A stretch of DNA of 64,000 bases, from contig OZ320313.1 of NCBI GenBank assembly GCA_976226885.1, positions 142,972,001-143,036,000 on the forward strand. The letters run 5' to 3'. This DNA is from Iphione sp. A-MEVVRFRX5 (lineage: Eukaryota). The notes under the pieces are model-generated. The model was given only the letters and a program-made list of their open reading frames with translations. It did not search any database and was not told the DNA's origin. Shown one piece after another: positions 54,350-64,000 of this stretch; within the stretch, counting starts at the first letter, position 1, and each line of letters opens with the position of its first letter. The translations under genes and the position numbers were made by a program.

Positions 54350-54533
54350 GGCCACTGCCTGGGCACCGCCATGACTGTTGGCCTCCTGCAGGCTCGTCGG
54401 TGGGTGTCGATGACGTTCAGCAGTGGCGCAGCTCTGGGCCGTCACCTTGCACGGGCTGGTGTCCTGTGCATGGCCATTGAGGGCTGAGGTGAGGAGGGAC
54501 GTCCTTCGAAGTTGACGACCAAGCCTGCTTCAC
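54350..54533 (-). other. TPST: 5' UTR part of the first coding exon of TPST
   Basis: Pyrimidine-rich acceptor attttattttcattgttacacttgtag|GTGAAG at 54534/54533. Sequence turns abruptly AT-rich above 54534. This implies at least one further upstream non-coding exon. Confidence 0.7.
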
Positions 54534-55649
54534 CTACAAGTGTAACAATGAAAATAAAATTCAGTTATTCAACTGAATTATTAAATTAGCCTGGACCCAC
54601 GGACAATCGCTGGACAACGCGTGTTTAACAGAACTGGCTGGTGCCACTTGGCATCGCCTTAATATTTAAGTTGAAAGTACTCATAACAACAACAAATATA
54701 CACTTCAACAAGTACAAACCGAAAAACAGGCAATAACGTGGGCATATCAAATTTATATCTTTGCACCCTTCTGTCAAAGAGCTTTTGAGATAACAAAATC
54801 ATCCCTTAGAATATTATTATGCTAAAGAAGATCACCCACTGATTGATAAAGAAGTCAGTTACAGTGCAACGTTTTGTGTAGTTTCACAATAAAGTTGGGA
54901 CGTAACATTTTCATTGGTGGAAAGCTTTTTATAATGTCATACAGTACCAAGCCCGAATGAAGACTGCCAATGAGACCACACAATTTTGCCTCTAGTCATG
55001 AGTTGCCATACTGTCTGAGTTGGTTACGATACAGAAAATAAACTACTGGAACCGGTGAATCTTGCCCTTAATTCGGAGTTGCCCTACTAGTTGTTGTCCA
55101 TTTAAGGTGAGTTGCCACTGTATTCTAAGCAAAACAGCGAGTTGTAATGGAGTTGCATACAGCTTGGGGATACCTCAATCAATTATTACACAGTACTGGT
55201 TTTAAACAAGTTTCACAAGAACTAAGCGAAGTGAGCTACATGAAGTACATCGATGAAACCACACACCTATTGGTCTGTCGCTTCCTTTTGTTCCCGTGTG
55301 CGCGGAACGTAGCATACGAATGACATTCTATATGATTATGTCCATTAGAAAATTTGCGCACTGCAGATTGGCTTCGCCAATGGCGTCCTAATGTTACCCA
55401 CTCCTGTAAGGAATTAACCCCTTTCACACGTTATCGGCAGACGTTTCTCGAAGATGACCCCTCTGCCTCGGGATGCTACAGAGAATACCTTGCCCCTAGA
55501 CTTAATATTCCTGAATCAGCAACAATAAATCTGGTTGTACTAAAGTTACGATTGGGTCAAAATTGCCAGTGCACTGCGTCAGACTCAGATAGTGGTTTTC
55601 GCTCGATTCTGCCCCTCCACTACGGTCTCCTTGGACATTTTACCACCCC

Positions 55650-56200
55650 ACAGTCGATCTGAATGGCAATCTATGCGTATCTCTTCGGGCGAGTGTAAAA
55701 TCTATGGTAATTCAGAGGGAAGTGGATGTGGCTTGATCATAGCTGTTGGGTGCAAGAACATTTCCGGCCATTTTAAACGCCACACAAAATGCATATTGAT
55801 CCATGAGATACGGGACAGCACTGAGCTAAGCAGATACACTTCTAACTGGATCCAGAGTGTTCTGTGCAGTACTGCCACTAGAAGTAAATAATTCAACAGA
55901 TCCCGTCCTGGACGGTATACACAAGTAGCCACCCATTTACTCACAGCTGCTCCGGTCCGCAGCCCATTTCTAGGAGTTTTATAGTTTAAAAAACTGTGGA
56001 CATTACGGTACTCTATTTGGTACCAGTGGGCTTTTAAGTGTCCGATATCAGCAGGCTGAGTAGAGTAGTGGTAGAGGGGCCTGGCTGGTCCTCATTGGAG
56101 AGGTGACTGGGGGATGGAACTGACCACTTTCCAGGGACGAGTAGCTCGTCCTGTCATCCAATACCGAGCTGGGTGAGCGACTCACAGCGAGAGTGCCTCA
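55650..56200 (-). mobile_element. Possible LINE APE-endonuclease relic
   Basis: VLDDRTSYSSLE (cf. WLDDSISDSEL), WVATCVYRPG (cf. VG.CYRPP), DQATSTSL*ITIDF (cf. PTR.TSTS.TLID) occur in order. Confidence 0.3.
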
Positions 56201-56614
56201 TTCCTAACGTCTTAGCCAGGACTTTTTACTTGTTCGTTCACCGGCCGCGTCAACGACCTTTCGCCACGCCACAAATATCGCTCCAGGGCAAGCGAGATCA
56301 ATAAATAGAGGGATATTTCGAAATACTTTCCACATAAAGATGAAAGGAGAGATTAGCTTCGCATGCTAAACTCAATGGCTTCCGTTATACAAATCATATC
56401 GTTAATACAGTAAACGAGATTTTTAAAACAAAATGCCTGGCAAAACAGACTGTGAGATCTTTAGCGAAAATGCAGGGAAATTGTCACATTTATACACCAA
56501 ATTAGCATGTTGATAGATATAGAGGTTATCATACAGAAGAAAACAAGAACACCTGGCTAGCTTAGATTTTAGCTTAGGTCCTACCTGCCTGCCTGCCTCT
56601 TTGCGTGCGCACGC

Positions 56615-56668
56615 GTGTGTGTGTGTGTCTCTCTCTCTTTCTCTCTCTCTCACTCTCTCTCTCTCTCT
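56615..56668. repeat. (GT)n(CT)n compound microsatellite
   Basis: Directly visible. Confidence 0.95.
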
Positions 56669-57279
56669 GTGTCGCTACCTCTTCCTCACACACCCATCAC
56701 TATCACCCACACCTCCTTAGTCCATCTTCACTAACTGCCACCCCTCTACGTCACAGTCCGTTGAACCGGTATTAAGGAATTCAATGTGGGAGAGCATCCG
56801 CAGTATGCAGAAAACACCGCAGCCGTACAGTTCAGCCCACCCGGACACTTCATAGCTGGACACAAGAACCACTAAGCGCTAGCACCGTCACCATCACTAC
56901 CTTTCCACACCTGAGCCACAGAAACCAAATTCATTCCCTCCTCCCCACACACCCATTAAATTAGGGCCAGTTTTCATACTTGTGTGAATGCATTTAGCTG
57001 CATTTGCACTGTGTTGTATTGTGTTCTTTTTACCAGCACCCCTGTTAACCACATGACTGTTTCTACATCTACATTTTGGAACTGTGTTGTGTGAATGCAC
57101 TGAGCTGTGTTGTTCTTTTTTGAGCAGTGCATATCAATTTCACGCAAATGGATAGCTAGGGTAGGGGAAAGGGCATTGGGACCAGGTTTCCTTCATGTGT
57201 GTGTATGTGTGTGTAATGTACATCATGCCAACATTTATGTAATTTAGATATCATTAGCATGACAACTGTACAGATTTGA

Positions 57280-57440
57280 TTTCCAAGAATTTCCACCCAA
57301 AGAACCTGCACAAATTCTACAGCGTTAACTCTATTTCAAAAAATGGCACAAATTCTGCAGATTCAGCACAATTTCAACACATTTCTACCAAAACCACAAA
57401 TTCTACAGATTTGGCTCAGTTTCCAGAATTCTTATTGCAA
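57280..57440. repeat. Degenerate minisatellite-like repeat
   Basis: CACAAATTCT(A/G)CAG at 57309, 57347 and 57395. Confidence 0.7.
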
Positions 57441-60400
57441 ATTTCTACATGCAATACATTCAAGCGACATAAAAGCCACACCCTGCATTTGCATGCATTA
57501 TCTTCTCGCCGCAAGTGATTTTCATGCAAGCAAATGCAAACACAAAGCAATATTGGTAGTATTAAAACAGGCCCTTGGGCACCTGAGCCACCCTCACTGA
57601 CACCCTCCCCCTCAACACTAACTTAAGCATGTACAAGGTCAGTAATATCAGAGTAAACTAGGGAACACAGGTGGCAACCAGGTATAAGTCGCACAAGAGT
57701 ATCTACGGAGATCTGCAAAGACATCTGGCATAAACAGTTCTCATATGAGCTGTATTTCTTTTATAAGGAAGGACATCGTAAGAGTCACTAGCCCCGGTGT
57801 TGACGTGTCCATCGTATCCGGCATGCACTGTACATACAAAACTCCACCCGATCGACATCAACTGAATAATGTTCATGTGCTGCGCACTGACCGACCTGTT
57901 AATTCTATCTGTTCTGGTACGTATTAGTCACTTATGCATTTTTCTGCACATAACAAGGGAGATGGACCCCCTACTGGTCAAAGTACGGAAAAGACACACG
58001 GTGGATACGTAAAAAACCAGACGTATACATGGGCAGCCAGTCTTAGAGTTAAAAAAAAACAACTGAGTCGGAACAGGTGTGCTGCGGCAAATACCGACGT
58101 TTGTTCTGTTATTAGATGTGTGTTGAGCCTATTTAGCTGCTTCGGCCAATGTCCTTTGAAATCTGTTCAAAATAACTACGAATGATACGTTTCCCTAAAT
58201 ATCCACCAAACTGCATTAATAGCTTCAGAGTCACCACCCTTAACTAACAGATGCCAAATGAATGAATTTAACTTAACGAGATGACGAATCGATGACAACG
58301 CGAAGTATTTCATTCAGCGATTTTCTTTTCCTGTAAGAATTAGAACTGGAGAAATGTGAATTCAGCAGTCCAACCATTGTCATTTTTAAGTGATGTTTGA
58401 TTCCGTATCGAACAAAGAAACACTGAGAATGAACACAAATATAAAAAAATAATAAATGGAATGGAAAGCAGCGTTCTCTTTGACGAACACTGCCGTAGCA
58501 TCCAAGGCAATCTACTGTAGTTACTTTTTTAGGGGAGACTTTGTTGAGATGATCTTCCTGCAAGCAGTACTAATATAATTTGCTTCTCGGAGTAATTCTG
58601 TTGCCTGTTATTCATTGTATGCCTAGTCATGACTACTGCGCTCCGGGTAAACACTGAAGACAGAGACGCTGAACCGTCACCCCTGCCATGAGATGCGATA
58701 AATTGACGAATGAAGAATTGCCAACGGGAACACAAAAGGAAAAAAGTAAATTTTCTTATTTCATTACGCCGTTTACTTTCCCATCTAGGAGCTAATATCA
58801 CGTTATGAAGTTAAATCAGCAGAGATGAGTGCCTGGGGAGGCTCCTGGAGATGCGCTCCGACGGGTGGACACAGGCTAGGTTCTCATGAATATTCATACA
58901 ACTATTTGCATAGTTTCGAGCAGATGACGGATCACGCGGCAGTGTTGGAGCACGTCTTTTGAGTACGCCTTTTGACCAAGGGAAGGAGATAACATAACAT
59001 GCACCGAGGCACAAGTCAGATGATGGGACATCTGCCATGCGTTGAGGTCTATCTAGGTTCTTGGTCCTGCTGACATGAGCAGGTGATATAAAACCCAGAT
59101 GAGCAGGTAATGAGCTTTATGTGATTCACAATACATCAGGCCGTATGTCTGGGTAGTAAATTGAGCCAGAACCATTCCTTCTACACTGTCTGCCCAAATT
59201 CTGATGGGAAAACGGACGGATGGGAAGCAGTAAATATGCCAAAGGAATCGGCGAATGAAGGTTTAAAACATCTTTACAAAGGAATATAGAAACATGGTGA
59301 GAAAGGTTCACAGGCTGTGCGATGAAACTCAAATAGAAGGATATACAAATAACAGGAACCGGAATTTATTTTCGTTTAGGTTCTCACATAGGTGATGCAT
59401 ATCCTGAGCCATCACTTAAGGACTTCCATCAGTCTACAGCAGAGAACTTTATTCGAACTACTCTAACCCCTCTGTGTATTTTGTCTTTTCACATATCAAA
59501 CCAAGGCATATGCCCTTATAGTCCTGACTGGGGGACCTTCCACAGTCTACCTACCCACTCATATCAAAGGTGCCAATCCGGCCGTCTATATATGCATGAA
59601 ATAACTTATTAATTTTAACTTTTCATGCAAGACCGCCATGAATATGACACTATCCATCGGCTCTGTTCCCTTCATTCTATGGGACGTGGCTACACGAAGG
59701 TGCAATAAACATTAGCCAGAAAGCCGTGTACAGATTTTATATTACCTTCTTAGCCATAATACTTGTCATCTAAACGAAATATTAAAAAAAGACATATACA
59801 TATGTGTATATCATTCCTCTCCATCAGATATTTTTGTATAGTATTATTTCATTCGTAAATGATGTCTTATTTGATGAAATCCAAGACCTGGACATTTTAG
59901 TCCCCATCCAGACCAACGAACTGATTTCATATCCCCTTCATGTACACTGTATAAATGTATAATGAAGTGGCACTCTCTCGTTAATTTTGACATAAATACA
60001 CACAACTGGCCCGTGGGGGATGGCGGTCACTGCAATGTTCATGATTTTAGGACTGTTTCCATAATAACTGCCATTAGTGCACTGCTTGTCAGGAAGCACA
60101 AGAAAGCATCCAATGAAGTACTTTTCTGTCACAAAGGATTAATCTTCTCGCCTTGGTGTCACAGCAATGTGAACTAACATCGAAGGTGACGATGAGTACA
60201 TACAATAAAGAATTCATATTAGCAGTTCTCTCACGAACATGAACAAATAAAGCTTCCTCATTAACTGCTATTGTTCTGTTTAAAGTGACTTTGACAACTT
60301 ATTGCCGAACGGTTGTTAACTTTAGAAGCTCTGTCTGTGTAAACAGCCTAATTTTCGCACATTGTAGCTCAGTCAGAGTTGCTACACAATTAGAAAGAGA

Positions 60401-63400
60401 ACTTCCTAGGGCATTTAAATGTCTTGCATCTAAAATTAACCAACCTTTTCTTTGATTCCAGTAGAAACCAGGAAACCAGCCTGTGTGTGATATCAATTGG
60501 TCGTATTGTATAATTAGCCAAAAGAACCTTACATGTGCCAACATAAATAAACTGTTTTCAAACCACATGTTAGCAATCACGAGTAAACTGAAGTCAAACC
60601 GCACAAAACATTGCTCATAGACTTCATGAATGTTGTCATAAAATCATCGAAAAAAGCAATACATGTGAAAGGATAAAATAATCCTTAAAGGTACCTGGTA
60701 CCATATCATATTAATACCGGCCGACAAAGTGCTGACCCTTACGAAAGTCCGCAGTACGTTACAAAAGCGGTCCAGTCCGAACGCCTAATGTCACTGTGTC
60801 CTGGCCACTAGAGCCCAGGACGGCTGTAAATGGACTATAGAATCCGGTTCCCCCTTCTATCAGGCCCGCTCCTTGCCCTGGCGGTCAGTGGTCATCCCCT
60901 GGGAACCTCCATCCCTAACTATCTCACCCCTGGTCCGCAGCATACTTTTGCCTCTATCACAGAATCAGCCCAGCCCCTCACGTGACTTGCATGGTAGACA
61001 GCCCTCTGCGCGGTGGCTACGTCAGCGTCCTGTCTGCATACATTAACGTCTTCCGTTTGCCCCTACTCTCGGCGTTTATCTGCGGTGCGGCAGCCGTATA
61101 TGACAATATTTTAACCATTGTAAAGTCATTTACTGATTGACATAACTTACCAGTGTCAACGCCAAATATACATTAATCAGAATGGCGGCCATTCTGTCCG
61201 TCAAGGCATTTGATCTCTCTCGCCTCGCCCAAATGTCTCGTCCCGTTCTTATCTCTGTCCTTTTCCATGTCAAACAAATAGACACACACAACGAACACAC
61301 ACGCATGCACGCACATACTATCCAGACACATAAAACATATCAATATAGAAAAAAAAACTGATTCTCGTTTTGCCTGCCGTCTTTCTTTTTTACTGCTGGT
61401 ATTACTGCGTGTGTGCCATCTCATGCTACACGGCCAATTTCAAGCAATATTTGCCAACAGCACTTGGTTGGGCGTTGCCTACGCAGCAATCAAGGCACCA
61501 CAGCGCCCCTTAGCGGTCAGGCCGATAAAAGCATCACGGTAGCAGTTGCAATTACCGCCATCCAGAAAGACGAAATTCTGCCTGCAGAGCCCGGAAGAAG
61601 CAATTCGTTAGATGCCACTGGCTTCCGTGAAATGCTACGGTGCTCGGGTCTCTACGGGAGGCAACAAAGTCGAGTTATAACGCAGGCCAGGGCGTGTCCC
61701 ATGGAGGTGTGGGGTCATGCTGGGGATGGACGGAGCTTGTTTGGGCATCTAAGAGCAGGTCGGTGGCACCGTGCCTTGGATAATGACCCGTCATACGCCA
61801 ACTACTAAATCACTAAAATAACACAAGGCCAGTGTTTATGAAGACACGAAAGGGCCGGGCGATAGAAATGCCTGTGGCACTCCCAATGCAGGGTACAAGA
61901 TCTATTGTGCCAATGATAGTCGCTGGAACAACTGTAGTATAAGCCCTACTATGTGAATTCTATACATGTATTCTGATGCCTGTCCTCATTTTCCTTTCAA
62001 TCAAAACTGATGCATAGTAAGAAGGCAGGCAGTAGCCGAGGATTGATTTAAAGTAACTTGATGTGACATAACCACTCACTTCTCACTGCCGTAACGAATG
62101 TAGGGCTGACTGTTTAATATCATTTAAGTAATGCAAAGACTTTCAGGCGTACATTACGCTTTCAAGACCCGCGCTTCAAACATTTCACTTCAAACATTTC
62201 AAAATTGACAACCCTTTAACCTGGGAACAATAACGACAGCTGACATTAAGGCAGATGAGACTGCCACCTTTGTAAATGAATTCTTTGGCGATTACTTCCG
62301 GAATACAAATAGTCAGACATATTTCCCATCAAAGTGGAGATAAGCGTATTTCCTGTGGCCATAGTTTTCTTCAAAGTGAATACCAAGAGGGCTGTTTGAT
62401 AGGATCTGGAAGCCCTCTGGGGAATATACTTTGTTCTGTAAAGCACGACGGAGACGGATGGTGATGGTTTAAAACTGTAGCTCGATGGAAGTTACATGGA
62501 GAAGCAAATACTCGCTGCGGGCATCTCTCTTAGAATGCAAAGATGTTGCCAATGTAGTTTACCATTTTCCATACTGGTTCAGGAGATTAGCAGTTACGGG
62601 TTCTCAGCTGTCAGCAAAGTTTCTACTTGCTGTGGAAAAAGCCAGATTCAGAATTTCAAATGCATTACCAGGAATACTCAAGATGATATTTAAACGTGAA
62701 TAAGTGTCGTGTTTAGATCATTGAATAGCCTCATGTCATTTATTTCTTGACAACTACTATTATTATCAGCTCCAGAAATCGACGGTCTCACTACAACCGG
62801 CGTGCACGCAGTCATTTAAGTGATCTGAGTGGCACAGCCATTCCATTATTTTCACTCTCAGTTGCCTCTCACACTTCGTACATTTGTTCCTGTATCTTTG
62901 TATGCCTACCTATCCATTTATAACAAGTCTCTCTCCTGATCGTCATATTGCGGCGTTGTTTTTTTAAAGATGCAAATGGCCGGACAGTATGCCAACAAGT
63001 TAGAAAATGGCTACCAGCCTGACCGGGCATGGTGACTGAAAAGAAGCATTTACATATATCCTATGTTGTAATCGGGAAGTGGTCCATGGTAGAAAAGCTC
63101 GCCGATTCTAAAGGGAAATGCGCTGTCGCTTCACTTCAGAAAAGCAAAGTCTGGAAAGTATCTCCCGTTGACAATGGACAACTTAATGCTTGATGCTTCG
63201 ACTAGCCTTGCCTTGATTATGTCAGCACCACTGGCTGCAGAGAAAACAGTCAAGACGCCCTCATTGTCAGGCCCGTATGCAGGAAGCTCTAACAAACCCA
63301 ATTCACCGTAAGTCGGAGGCCATAGAAACCATGCCCACAATATATCTGATAGGCGCATGTTGGACTACAATAGAGCTAGAGAGGCTGAGATCTTCATTCA

Positions 63401-64000
63401 AGGCCGCGAGAGGCCTTGGAAGCAATATGACACGTTCACAATGTATTTTATTTTTCCCCCTGTATTATTCTTACTGAACTCTTTCAGTGTTTTAATTCCG
63501 ACTATCGGAGGAAAGATAAACTCGGCTGTTCATGCCGTCATCGGTGTGTGCACCACAATGATAACTCAAATGTTTTAGATCTGATTTCCACACATCTCAA
63601 GAGTTGGTAGACAGTAGGACACCTTATCAATACATCATTATCTTGGCAATGTTGCTAAAAGACGTCTGCGTGTTTGACAGTCTCAAGAAGGAGAAGCTGC
63701 TGATAAAGCATGAAAATTACATTTGCTATCTACGACTTCCGTCATAATTTTTTGGGAAAATGGATACTTATCAAGAGAGTAGCAACTACTGGCCCTTAAA
63801 CAAATCCGTATGCCAAAGGATGCTGATAATGAGGTAGTTGTTTTCCTCCTTTACACCATGCGGGTGAAACAAGTGGATTTGTAATAGTTTATTAGCCGCA
63901 TAGGGAGCTAATGTAGTAAAAACATCTAAAAGCAAACTGCCACTTTTCTGAAATATGTAGCCTGACGGCAAGCAACACTTTCCCCTAACTTCAAGAAAAA

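Noticed and set aside
53561-54487. Plus-strand ORFs overlapping the first TPST coding exon
   Set aside because: Antisense shadows of a GC3-rich coding exon, with no recognisable domain.

Overview
Eukaryotic (animal) genomic DNA, AT-leaning with scattered CpG-rich patches. The only protein-coding gene I can support is a tyrosylprotein sulfotransferase (TPST) on the minus strand. It has two coding exons (54349-53520 and 1823-1226; joined CDS 1428 nt = 475 aa plus stop) separated by a 51,696-nt GT-AG intron. That intron fills most of the window and holds degenerate transposable elements: one clear CR1/L2-type LINE, a pogo/Tigger-type DNA transposon relic, three MITEs, a tRNA-derived SINE, many short LINE or DIRS-like relics, and micro- and minisatellites. 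GC-rich codons, the repeat content and frequent TACATGTA suggest a marine invertebrate such as a lancelet (inference only). I found no convincing novel multi-gene system, ribozyme, RNA gene or CRISPR array. The best leads are modest: a Gln/Pro-rich and acidic C-terminal extension on TPST, a uORF whose stop overlaps the TPST start codon, promoter-like and CTCF-like motif clusters inside the intron, and an apparent sense-strand bias of the LINE relics. All alignments were done by eye. Boundaries of degenerate repeats are approximate.
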